Positions 26,315-38,977 of a stretch of 64,000 nucleotides of DNA are shown in pieces. Under the pieces are notes generated by a model. The model worked only from the letters and a program-made list of their open reading frames with translations, ran no database searches and was not told where the DNA came from. This stretch comes from Octopus sinensis (taxonomy: Eukaryota): contig NC_043010.1 in NCBI RefSeq assembly GCF_006345805.1, positions 62,372,001 to 62,436,000 on the forward strand. Direction: 5' to 3'. Position numbers and translations under genes: made by a program. Position 1 is the stretch's first letter; the number at the start of each line of letters is the position of its first letter.

Positions 26315-26606
26315 ATACAACAAGCTTTTTGCATTTTTCATTGACCAAATCCATTCACAAGTCTTTTGGTTGGTGTGGGGCAAGTAAAAACACTCGTCCA
26401 AGATGCTGGGCAGTGGGAGTGACCCCAAAACCAGATGGTTGGGAAACAAACTCCTTAAGCCCACAGTCATTGCCCGTTCCCCATTAGCCTATGAGGTCTT
26501 TCTCTTGTAAGTCACTTGGCAGCCTGTCCAACTCATGCCAGCATGTAAAATGGACATTAAATGGTGATGATGAGGATGAAGGTGATGGTGATGATGATAT
26601 ATATAT

Positions 26607-26990
26607 TTACTCTTTACTCTTTTACTTGTTTCAGTCATTTGACTGCGACCATGCTGGAGTCAAATCGACCCAAGGGCTAATTATTTGTAAGCCTAGTACT
26701 TATATCAGTCTATTTTGCCGAACCGTTAAGTTACAGGGATGTAAACACACCAGCATCGGTTGTCAAGCGATGTTGGGGGTGACAAATACAGACACACAAA
26801 GACACACACATATATATACATATACATATATACAACATGCTTCTTTCAGTTTCCATCTACCAAATCCACTCACAAGGCTTTGGTCGGCCCAAGGCTATAG
26901 TAGAAGACACTTGCCTAAGGTGCCACACAGTGGGACTGAACCCAGAACCATGTGTTTGGTAAGCTAGCTACTTACCACACACCCACTCCT
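26607..26990 (-). mobile_element. SINE family A, full length
   Basis: Same structure as 6987-7374. Confidence 0.88.
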
Positions 26991-27018
26991 ACACCTAATA
27001 TATATATATAATATTATA

Positions 27019-27409
27019 CAGGGTGTCCCAGAAGTTGTGCACCACCCTGGTTTTTTAAAAGAATACATGCTTATTGATTTCAAAAACACTTTATTGAAAT
27101 TAATCGTAACAAATACTCAAATTGAGCACCCTCTACAATAAAACATGCAGAAAACAATATAATAAAATAAAATGCTTTCATCGTCATCATCGTTTAACGT
27201 CCGTTTTCCGCGCTAGCACGGGTTGGACAGTTCGACTGGGGTCTGGGAAGCCAGGGCTGCACCTGACTCCAGTCTGATCTAGCAGAGTGTCTACAGCTGG
27301 ATGGCCTTCCTAACGCCAACCACTGGCATCGGCCACGTTCAGATAGTGCTTTTTATGTGCCACCAGCAAAATGAAAACCAGAATAGTGCATGACTTCTGG
27401 GACACCCTG
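27019..27409. mobile_element. Tc1/mariner-type MITE with nested RTE-tail fragment
   Basis: TA|CAGGGTGTCCCAGAAGTTGTGCAC … GTGCATGACTTCTGGGACACCCTG|TA (22/24 TIR match). An RTE tail is inserted at about 27178-27367. Confidence 0.88.
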
Positions 27410-27413
27410 TATA

Positions 27414-28162
27414 TCATCATCATCATCATCATCATTTAGCGTCCGTTTTCCATGCTAGCATGGGTTGGACGGTTCTACTGGGGTCTGTGAAGCCAGAAGG
27501 CTTCATCAGGCCCAGTCAAATCTGGCAGTGTTTCTACGGCTGGATGCCCTTCCTAACGCCAACCACTCCGTGAGTGTAGTGGGTGCTTTTTACGTGCCAC
27601 CCGCACTGGTGCCAGACAGAGCTGGCAAACGGCCACGAACGATGGTGCTTTTTATGTGCCACCGGCACGAGGGCCAGGCGAGGCTGTCAACGGACACGAA
27701 ACGGGGCGGTGCTGGCAACGGTCGCGAAACGGAAAGTTCTCTTACATGCCACCGGCACTGGTAACACATCTGCAATTTCCATTGATCGATTTCCATTGAT
27801 CGATTTCGATTCTGATCCTCACTTGCCTCAATGGGTCTTCACAAGCAGAGTTCGACATGCCACCGGCACTGGTAGCACATCCGCAATTTCCATTGATCGA
27901 TTTCGATTCTGATCCTCACTTGCCTAAACACGTCTTCACAAGTAGAGTTTTGTGTCCCAAGAAGGGAAGGTATGCATACGTAGGCTGGCTCCATCCCATG
28001 TAGAAGGCCACGGGTTGTGGACTCACTTGTCCTGCGGGTCTTCTCGCGCACAGCACACTTCCAGAGGTCTCGGACTCTAGTCATTTCCTCAGTGAGACCT
28101 AAAGTTCGAAGGTCGTGCTTCACCACCTCGTCCCAGGTTTTCCTGGGTCTGCCTCTTCCACA
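27414..28162 (-). mobile_element. 5'-truncated RTE-clade LINE (ORF end, 3' UTR and (GAT)n tail)
   Basis: The minus strand encodes CGRGRPRKTWDEVVKHDLRTLGLTEEMTRVRDLWKCAVREKT. Same family as 62470-63433. The 3' UTR has an internal tandem duplication of about 100 bp (27745-27950). Confidence 0.85.
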
Positions 28163-28809
28163 TATATATATATATATATATGTGTGTGTTGAACATAATC
28201 TATATGTGTTGGACCACTGAACTCAACACATTTTTTTTTTCATTCTCTCTCTGTTTAGTTCCTCTTATTCCTTTCTGTCAAAGACTTTCCATTTTTCCCA
28301 AGCATCAAACTTATACACTTTCTTGTTGTTCCTATTTCTGTCTCTGTCTTTGTTTCCTATAAATTTGAACTGTATATGTGTGTGTGTGTGTGTGTGGACA
28401 TGTTTGAAATGGTAAGGTCTCACACAAAAAGTTTAGTCATCATTATCATCATCATCACCAGCATGCTGTCATGGCTGGCAAATTCCAATTGTCTGTTTTG
28501 TCATAGTATCTACAGCTGGATGTCCTTCCCAAATGCCAACCACTCTATAGAGTGTAGTGGGTGCTTTTTATGTGGCACCGACACCAGTACTTTTGCATTG
28601 TACCAGCACCACAGGGGTTATCAAGTAGCTTGCATGAGAAAACAATTTGGCTGGGAAAATTGTCTGATCAATTATTTCACCAATAAATAAAACAAAAAAC
28701 AAAAACACAGTAAGGGAGATAATTCCATTCAAATCAGTTAATTGAAATATTTTAACATGATAGGAAATGCAGACTGGTGAGGGTCTAGTCTTTAAAGCCA
28801 ACTGTTGAA

Positions 28810-29479
28810 GAAGAATCATCAGGATCCACTTTCTGAACATTATCAAGATCATCACCATCATCATCATTGTAATCATCATGACCATCATCATCATTATCAT
28901 CATAACCATTATTGTAACCATCGTCATCATAACCATCATCATCATCATCATAACCATCATCATTGTCATTATTGTAACCATCATCATCATTGTAACTATC
29001 ATCAACACCACCACCATCATAAACAACATCATCACCGTCATCATCATCATAAGCATCATCAACATCATAGCCATCATCTTTATCATCATCATCAACACCA
29101 TCATCATCGTCGATATAATCATCATCATCATCAACATTATCCTCATCATTTCTATCATCTTTATCATCATCATCATCACCACCACTGTTGTCATGATCAA
29201 AAAGAATCAAATCACCCATAGACATTAGTAAATATATCTATTGATCCTCTGTCTGTCAGTTCGTCCCATTTCGATGTATCTGTATGTCCATCTACCTATC
29301 TCTCTCTTTCCCTCTCCCTCCCACTCTCTCTCTCTGTATATATATTTTATATGTGTGTATCTATCTATCTATCTATCTATCTAACCCAATGCCATAACTA
29401 CCATCGTCATCATCATCGCCATCACCAACACGACTTTTATTGTCAACATTATATTATATTATATCTATCTATCTATCCG

Positions 29480-29511
<32 letters not shown>

Positions 29512-29539
29512 CCTATCTATCTATCCATCTATCTATCTA

Positions 29540-29574
<35 letters not shown>

Positions 29575-29598
29575 CATATATATAATATATATAATATA

Positions 29599-29648
<50 letters not shown>

Positions 29649-29986
29649 CTTTTACTTGTTTCAGTAATTTGACTGCGGCCATGCTGGAGCACCACCTTTA
29701 GTCGGGCAAATCAACCCCAAGAATTATTCTTTGTAAGCCTAATACTTATTCTATCGGACTCTTTTGCCGAACCGCTAAGTTACGGGGACATAAACACACC
29801 AGCATCGGTTGTCAAGCGATGGTGGAAGGACAAACACTGACACACACACACACACACATATATACAACAGGCTTCTTTCAGTTTCCGTCTACCAAATCCA
29901 CTCACAAGGCATTGGTGGGCCTGTGGCTATACTAGAAGACACTTGCCCAAGGTGCGACACAGTGGGACTGAACCCAGAACTATGCA

Positions 29987-30064
<78 letters not shown>

Positions 30065-30988
30065 TATATATATACATATATATACATATATACATATATC
30101 TATATACATATATATATATACATACATACATATATATATACATACATACATATATATAACATACATATAAATATATACATACATACATTATATTGTATGT
30201 ATGTATTATATATATAGATAGATTTGTCTAATGTCTCTCTTACTTTCATTGCTTTTCTCTCTCTCTCTCACTCTCTACCTCTCCTTCTCCTCCTCTCACT
30301 CACAATCACCTTTTGTGTCTTTCACCTTCCCCCTTCTCCCTACCCCTCCTTCTCTCTCTCTCTCTCTTTCTCCTATTATTTTGAGGATTGATTGATTGAT
30401 TTAGGAAACTCTTGGGAGAACCCAACTGGTTTCACATATTACACCACCACCACCACCACCACCACCACCACCACCACCACGATCAACATCAGCATCAGAG
30501 ACTGCTGCAAACAGTGCCATCACCACCACCACCACCACCACCTCCTCTACCAGCAACCACTGCCACCAACACAACAGCCACAACCACTACTAGTGCTACT
30601 ACCGTCACAACTGCTAGTGTCACCATTAACCACTTCAACTACCAGCTTCACCATAACTGTACCACTACCAACACCACAACATCCGTTGCCATCTTCACAA
30701 CGGCAACTACAACCACATCACAGTGACCATCACAACCGGTGCCAATCATCATCATCATCATCATCGTCATCGTAGTCATCATCATCATCATCATCATAGT
30801 CATCATCATCATCATCATCATCATAGTCATCATCATAGGCATCACCACCGCCACCACCATAACTGTTACTATTATGACTACTACTACTACTACTTCTACT
30901 ATTACTACTGCAGCTAATACTACCACCACCACCACAATAACCGCTGCCCCTGCTGCTACTATTGCTGCTGCCTCTGCTACTGCTGCTG

Positions 30989-31020
<32 letters not shown>

Positions 31021-32843
31021 GCTGCTGCTACTACTACTACTACTACCAGCATCACTACCACTGTGGTTATGATCTTCACCACAACTAGACCACCACTGCC
31101 ACCACCTCCACCAGGAGTAACACCACTACTACCACCACCACTATTACAACCTCCACCTCCACCATCGTAATTATCAGCATCAACAACACAATCTCTGATA
31201 CCACTCCCATCATCATCATCATCATCATCATTATTAATATAGCACCACCACCACCACCAACACCAATACCACAACCGTCACTGACGCCACCACCAGCACC
31301 ACCAACAACCAGCATCATCTTTATTTTCACCACCACCACCACCACCACCACCAATAACAACAACAACAACACCAGGAGACCCTACTACCGCCAACACCAC
31401 CACCGACAACAACAACAACACAACAGCACCCACCACCACCACCACCACCACCACCACTGTAACCACCGCTGTCTCCACTGTTAATATTATCATCATCATC
31501 ATCATCATCATCAGCAGCAGCAACATTGCCAATAACAACAGCAGCAACATCATTAGAGTTGCAGCCTTCCCTACCATTGTTATTGCTGCCGTTAATAACA
31601 TCAGCATCACCACCACCACTACCACCACCACCACCACCACAACACCTATTATTACTATCGTTACCAGCAGCATTACTACTACAACAACTGTCGCAACCAC
31701 CACCACCACCACCACCACCACCACCATCACCATCACCATCACCATCACCATCACCATGATCAACATCAGCATCGCTGCTGCTACTAAGAGCAGCAGTAGT
31801 ATCATTGTACCTGCCACTACTCCCACAATCACCACCACCAACACCACCGTCGCCGCCACCACCAACACCACCGTCGCCGCCACCACCAACACCACCGTCG
31901 CCGCCACCACCAACACCACCGTCGCCGCCACCACCAACAACACTACTACTACTACTACAACCACCACCACCACCACCATCTGTAGTATAATTGGTATTAC
32001 CACAACTAGAACCGTCATCATCTCCATCATCATCACCATCACCATCATCACAATCATCCTCACTACCATTTGCCCCCCCCCTCTCCTCACACACACTTCT
32101 CCCATCACTATCATCATCATCATCATCGTCGTCGTCGTCGTCATCAAGCCAGTGTGAGAGTCTCTACATTGGTTGGTCACTTGTATGGCTAGAAAGAGCA
32201 GTCAAATTTCCTTCGATTCTTGTCATTTGAAAGAGACGTAAAGAGGTTAAGGAGACATTTGACAGCGTTGTCGCCGATGGGATGGTCATGGCTAGAGTGA
32301 TTTTGATCACAGGAGTGGTGGTGGTGGTGGTGGGAATCTGCTCAGTCAGGACTGACCTGAGTGTCAACAAAACAACATCATCATCATCATTGATATAGTT
32401 ACAACCACAACAATCAACATCATCACAATTATCATCATCATCATCATCTGCAACATCACTGTCACCACCACCACCACCACCATCACCATCACCACCATCA
32501 CCATGGTTACTATCACAACCACCACCACCAACATCATCATCATCATCATCACAATCGCTAGCATCAACATCACCATGTAGTCACCACCACCATCACAATG
32601 ATCTTCTTCCTCCTCCTCCTCCACCTCATCATCATCATCATCATTATCATCACCAGCATCAAATTTAACAACAGTAACTGTAACGTCCCCATTATTATCA
32701 TCATTGTTGCCACCACCACCACCATCCCTAGCATCATCATCATCATCATCAAAGTTATTGTCATCATCATCATCATCATGGGCATCACCACCACCACCAC
32801 CATCCTCGTCATCATCATCATCGTAGTCATCATCATGGGCATC

Positions 32844-32875
<32 letters not shown>

Positions 32876-33224
32876 AGTCATCATCATCATCACCATCATC
32901 ATCATCATCCTCGTCACCATCATCATCATGGGCATCATCATCATCATCATCATAAGCATCACCACCACCACCACCATCATCATCAACATCATAGTCATCA
33001 TCATCATCATCATCATCATCACCATCATCATCATCATCCTCGTCACCATCATCATCATCATCATCATCATCACCATCATCATCATCATCCTCGTCACCAT
33101 CATCATCATCATCATCATCATCACCATCATCATCATCATCCTCGTCACCATCATCATCATCACCATCATCATCATCATAGGCATCACCACCACCACCACC
33201 ATCATCATCATCATCGTAGTCATC

Positions 33225-33256
<32 letters not shown>

Positions 33257-33307
33257 CCTCGTCATCATCATAGGCATCACCATCACCATCACCATCATCA
33301 CCATCAC

Positions 33308-33343
<36 letters not shown>

Positions 33344-33773
33344 CGTCATCATCACAGGCTTCACCACCACCACCATCCTCGTCATCACCATCACCATCAC
33401 CATCATTTTCTTTCCAATAATCACCACCAATAACAATCAGTCTCTCTGTCGCCACCATCACCATCACCATCACAACCATTATCATGGACAGCATTACTCC
33501 CACCTCCCCCATCATTGTCCTTATCACCACCACCACCACCACAATCAATAACGGCAACAACAACAACAACAGCATCACCATGGCCACTATCTCCATCAGT
33601 TACCCCCCTCTTCCCCCCACCCTTTCGCCATCACCATCATCACCACGACTACTACTACAACAACCATTATCAGCATTGTGCTGTCACTGACATCTCCGCC
33701 ACAACCACCACCACTACTACTACTACCACCACTACTACTACTACTACTACTACCACCACTACTACTACTACTA

Positions 33774-33819
<46 letters not shown>

Positions 33820-35345
33820 CACCACCACTACTACTACCACCACTACCACCACCACCACCACCACCACTACTACTACCACCACTACCACCACCACCACCAC
33901 CACCACCACCACTACTACTACTATCACCAACACTACCACCATTACTATTTCTGTGTAATCACTATTAGGTGTATCAATGTTGTCGCCACCACCTATACTA
34001 CTGCTGCTGCTGCTACTACTACTACTACTACTCGACCATTATTAGCAGAACTGCCACCACCATTAACAATAACAAACAATGCCATCCCCCACCCATCACC
34101 ACCACCACCACCATCATTACTGTCAGCAGCAGCAGCAGCAAACATAATAATGCATTGCTAGGTATTATCAAGGCCACTATCTCAAAGACCACCACCACCG
34201 CTACCACCACCACCACCGCCTCCGCCGCCGCCGCCGTCACCGTCACTGCCACCACCACCACTACTACCACTACCATGGTTATCAGAACTGGCAACAGAGA
34301 ACCTTTACTAACATTACCATAACACCACCACCATCACCACCACCACCACCACCACCATTGCATACCACAACCACAACCACCACCACCACCGCCACCATAA
34401 CTATAATTAGTGCCACAAGGACCCACATCTACAACAACAGTAGTAACAACACATCCACCACCACCACCACTACCACCATCACCATCAACACCACTGCCAC
34501 AACCACTACCACCACCACCACCACCACTATTGCCACTTCTGTAACTATAATTAGTGCCATAACCACCAACACCACCACTACCATCATAAACACCGCTATC
34601 AACGCCACCACCACCATCAGCAGCAGCAGCAGTATCACCACTATCATCATCATTAGCATCATCTCCACCACCTCCACTACCACTGTCACCTCACCACCAC
34701 CACCATCACCACCAACACCACCACCACTACTGTAATTATAATTAATGCCACGACCATCAACATCATCACAACCACCATCATCAGCAACAATAACAACACA
34801 TCCACCACCACCACCACTGCCATTACTACCACCACCCTCACCACTGCTGTCACCATCAATACCATAACTACCATCATCACCATCATCGCCACCAACACCC
34901 AACCACCCACATCGACATCAGAGCTGTCATCGTCATCGCCATCATCAACATAACCACCATCACCATCAACATGGTGACCATCAAGTGGTATACCAAACAT
35001 CATCATCATCACCACCAACACCCAACTACCTGCATCAACAACAAAGCTATCATCATCATCGTCATCGTCACCAACACCACTTCTATTGTCATCATTATAA
35101 CTACTGTCACCCTCACCCACCACCTTCATCATTGCCACCACCACCACCACCACACAAACCATTATCACTACCACTACCACCACCATCATATCATCACCAG
35201 CGATAATCCACACCACCGCCACCACTAGCACCACAACCATCACAACCAGTGAATGATGATGATGATGATGATGATGATGACGATGATGATGATGACGATG
35301 ATGATGATGACGATGATGATGGTGGTGGTGGTGGTGGTGGTGAAT
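28810..35345. repeat. Second compound trinucleotide island (with (TATC)n, (TA)n and one SINE A at 29646-29985)
   Basis: CAT/CAC/TAC arrays, with higher-order structure at 31834-31938 and 32755-33370. Confidence 0.93.
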
Positions 35346-36538
35346 GGGTTATAACATGGCATTGGGATGGCCTTTAGATGGTGACCTGACCTGCTCGAAG
35401 TAGCAACCAAATCTCCCTCGAATCACATCCTGCCTACCATCTCAGGGAAGGAAGGACACGTTAAGCAATGGTAGTCCTACATACACTATGACTAAACCCA
35501 AGAATGGATGGCCATGCAAGGAACATCGCTGATGATGTGTCTGTCTGCTTCAGAGCTGGTCTGGAGCTATACCACCACAACTGCTGCTGCTGCTACTACT
35601 ACTACTACTACTACTACCACATCAACAGTAACGGGTCATTGAGGCAACCTGTATGTGGTTATACAATATGCTAAGAAAAGCAGCTAAAACTCCCCAAATG
35701 ACATCTTATTGTCTTTTAAAAGGAAAAATGAATGTCGTTGATGATGAAACATGTTTGGGAAAAAGACATGATGATCATTGTTGGAATGTCTTGGATTATG
35801 TGCTTGCTTGATGGGAGCTAACTCAGCAACAACAAGAAAACGGCATTTTAGAGTCTGTTCATATACCTGGACTAAAACAACTGAATACCCATGCAGGCAT
35901 GCTGGGGAAGGGTGACTTAGTGATCAGTAACTCTTTCAAGGCTATATTATCGAAGAAGAGTAGTGATATGGTAAAATTGTTGAAGCATTGGGGTATATCG
36001 TGTAGTAATTAGTTAAGAAACCTTACATATTGAAATCCTTCTAATACCAACCCACCCGAGACCACCTCTCTTGGTTCTATGGCACAAACCTCCTGATTTG
36101 CTATGATTTAAATTAAAATCTTCCATCAAAATTTTCATGCTAACTATCAGCTTAATACTGACAAAAGTTATTTTACTAAATTTTTAATTATTTTGAAAAT
36201 TAATTAAAATAAAGGCAATGTATTTAAACAGAAGTATGGTAGACAATGGGTTCGATTCCAGGACCAGGCAGCACATTGTGTTCTTGAGCAAAACCCTTCA
36301 TTTCATGTTGTACCAGTCCAGTCAACTGTAAATAGGGTACCAGACAACAGAATAGTCTTCCGATCAGAAGGAACATTGGCCTGTTCGCCTAAACAGCAGG
36401 GTGGCATCATTCAATAGCCAGAAAATAATACAAAGTGCATTGTGACCAGTGATGTATAACAACATCCAATAGTTTGATTTGTCACATGATCTATCTATGT
36501 ATCTATCTATCTATCTGTCTATATATCTGTCTGTCTGT

Positions 36539-36631
<93 letters not shown>

Positions 36632-37022
36632 TAGATAGACAGATAGATAGACAAACAGATATACAGAAAGATAGACAGATATTGTCATCATCATCATCAT
36701 TTAACATCTGTTTTCCATGGTTTGGACAGTTCGACAAGAGGTGGCAAGCCCCATTGTCTGCTTTGGCACAATTTTTACAGCTGCGCACTCTTCCTGGTGC
36801 CAAGCACTTTGCAAAGTGTATTGGGTGCATTTTTTGTGGCACCAACACCAGTGGGGTCACCAAGTTACTTATGAAAGACCTCACTATTGAATGAGGGACC
36901 AGTTGGTGAGAGACAAGTGTCTTGCTGTATAAGGGATGTCAGGATATACTGTGGATATGTGTATGTGTGTGTGTGTGTGTACTTTCACGCGTATGTGTGT
37001 GTGCGTGCGCGCATGTGTGTGA

Positions 37023-37073
<51 letters not shown>

Positions 37074-37110
37074 CATATATATATATCTATAATATGTATA
37101 TATATATATA

Positions 37111-37485
37111 TATGTATCAAATGAGATAAAATGAAAAACAGGACACAAAGGATGTCGCGGTACATATGTTTCGAGCTTTATAGAACAACTTATTCTTACA
37201 TCAATGCATAATCGACATAACAGATAGTAAAAAAGCCCTCTTCAGTCACATGCAATTGCTACACCAAAGACTTGTATCACATTATGAAAGGTTTGAGAAA
37301 GAACATTTGGTATTGTTTATAATGGTAGGTAAACCGAGTATCAGATGCGGCTGAAGAGGGCTTTTGAACTATCTGTTATGTCGATTATGCATTGATGTAA
37401 GAATAAGTTGTTCTATAAAGCTCGAAACATATGTACCGCGACATCCTTTGCATCCTGTTTTTCATTTTATTTCATTTGATACATA
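37111..37485. mobile_element. Penelope-like inverted-repeat element (family 2) with 141-bp arms and a 93-bp spacer
   Basis: 37111-37251 is the reverse complement of 37345-37485 with few mismatches. Each arm contains a hammerhead motif. Confidence 0.8.
37346..37440 (+). ncRNA. Type I hammerhead ribozyme motif with canonical core (family 2)
   Basis: TGCGG-CTGAAGA-GGGCTTT…(long helix II/loop)…AAAGCTC-GAAA-C-ATAT-G-T-A-CCGCG. Helix III is the palindrome ACATATGT and the cleavage triplet is GUA (site after 37435). Confidence 0.78.
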
Positions 37486-37713
37486 TATCTTCTCACCTAT
37501 GCTACTAGCTGGCATATACAGGTGCTTACAATTATCAAGTATTCACCCTGAATTTATTGTACCTATATATATATAAATATACATATATATACATATTTAT
37601 ATACATACATATACATATATATTTATATATATATATACACACATATATATGTATATATATGAATGTATGTATGTTTGTATACACACACATACATATAAAT
37701 ATATATATATATA

Positions 37714-38015
37714 TATATAAATTAGAGAAAAACCACTATTATGCAATTCAAACAATGATAAACATAAACCATATCATATATAAAAAATAAAATATATTAT
37801 AAAACATATAACTAGATCACAAAAAGTACAAAAAAATAAACAATATATAATAAAACGTACATAGTCTTTTTACTTTTTATATATTGTTTATTCATTTTTT
37901 GTACTTTTGTGATCTAGTTATATGTTTTATAAATTATTTTATTTTTTCTTTACGATTTCATTGACGTCTATCATTGTTTGAATTGCTTAATATTGGTTTT
38001 TCTCTAATTTATATA
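37714..38015. repeat. AT-rich fold-back (arms 37714-37850 and 37877-38015)
   Basis: …AATTAGAGAAAAACCACTATTATGCAATTCAAACAATGATA…CTAGATCACAAAAAGTACAAAAAA… is mirrored on the right side. Confidence 0.8.
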
Positions 38016-38095
38016 TATTATATATTTATATTGTGAAATTTGATTTAGTACTAAATTAAATTTTTCCCCTGTAAGTTTGGATTTATACTCCCTAA

Positions 38096-38127
<32 letters not shown>

Positions 38128-38222
38128 AATATATATATATATATATATACACACACAGCAGAAGCCCATCATACATATATATATATGTGTGTGCCTGTAT
38201 GTGTATATATATATACATATAT

Positions 38223-38541
38223 AGGGTGCATGGCTTAGTGGTTAGGGCATTCGTCTCACGATTGTAAGGTCATGAGTTCAATTCCCGGTGACATGTTGTG
38301 TCCTTGAGCAAGGAACCTTATTTCGTGTTGCTCCAATCCACTCAGCTGGCAAAAATAACTAGTACCTATATTTCAAAGGGCCATCCTTGTCACACTCTGG
38401 GTCATGCTGAATCTCCTTGAGAACTACATTTAGGGTACACATGTCTGTGGAGTGCTCAGCCACTTGCACATTAATTCCACGAGCAAGCTATTCTGTTGAA
38501 CGTATCAGCTGGGACCCTCGTTGTCGTAACTGACGGAGTGC
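38223..38541 (+). mobile_element. SINE family C body with a different tRNA head (head variant 2)
   Basis: A box TGGCTTAGTGG and B box GAGTTCAATTCC, then GTGTCCTTGAGCAAGG. 3' body is shared with 2291-2657. Confidence 0.78.
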
Positions 38542-38545
38542 TGCT

Positions 38546-38576
<31 letters not shown>

Positions 38577-38622
38577 CCGTGTGTGTGTGTGTCCAGGTGT
38601 GTGTATACATATATAGGGAGAA

Positions 38623-38795
38623 TTCACAAAAAAACAAAAGACAAAGACAGGTGGTGTAGACAACAAACAAATGTATTAGTACAACGCTCAGGAAGTGAAA
38701 AAGTCTTTAATGTTTTGAGCCTACGCTCTTCTACAGAAAGGGACACAGAAAGAAACAAGGAGAGAAACCAAAGAAGTAGTGGCTAGCAATCTATC
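38623..38795 (-). mobile_element. Penelope-like terminal fragment with decayed hammerhead (38704-38740)
   Basis: The minus strand reads CTTT-CTGTAGA-A-GAGC-GTAG-GCTC-AAAA-CA-TT-AAAG. The architecture is kept but the core is mutated. Confidence 0.45.
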
Positions 38796-38818
38796 ATAGC
38801 GAATGCCAGACATATATA

Positions 38819-38856
<38 letters not shown>

Positions 38857-38942
38857 TAATCCAAACAAGAAAACACAACAACGCAAGGATGTGGAACAAG
38901 TATAGTATTATTGGATGCTCAAGAAAGAAGGAAAGAAGGAGG

Positions 38943-38977
38943 GTTTAACGTTTCAAGCGGAGCTCTTCGTCAGAAAC
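38943..38977 (-). ncRNA. Minimal type I hammerhead motif (family 3), 35 nt
   Basis: The minus strand reads GTTT-CTGACGA-A-GAGC-TCC-GCTT-GAAA-CG-T-T-AAAC, with palindromic helix III AACGTT. It lies in a purine-rich PLE-like fragment at about 38832-39056. Confidence 0.65.

Noticed and set aside
37253-37354. 33-codon open frame in the family 2 spacer ending on the TGA of the hammerhead core
   Set aside because: Too short to exceed chance, with no RT or GIY-YIG motif recognised.
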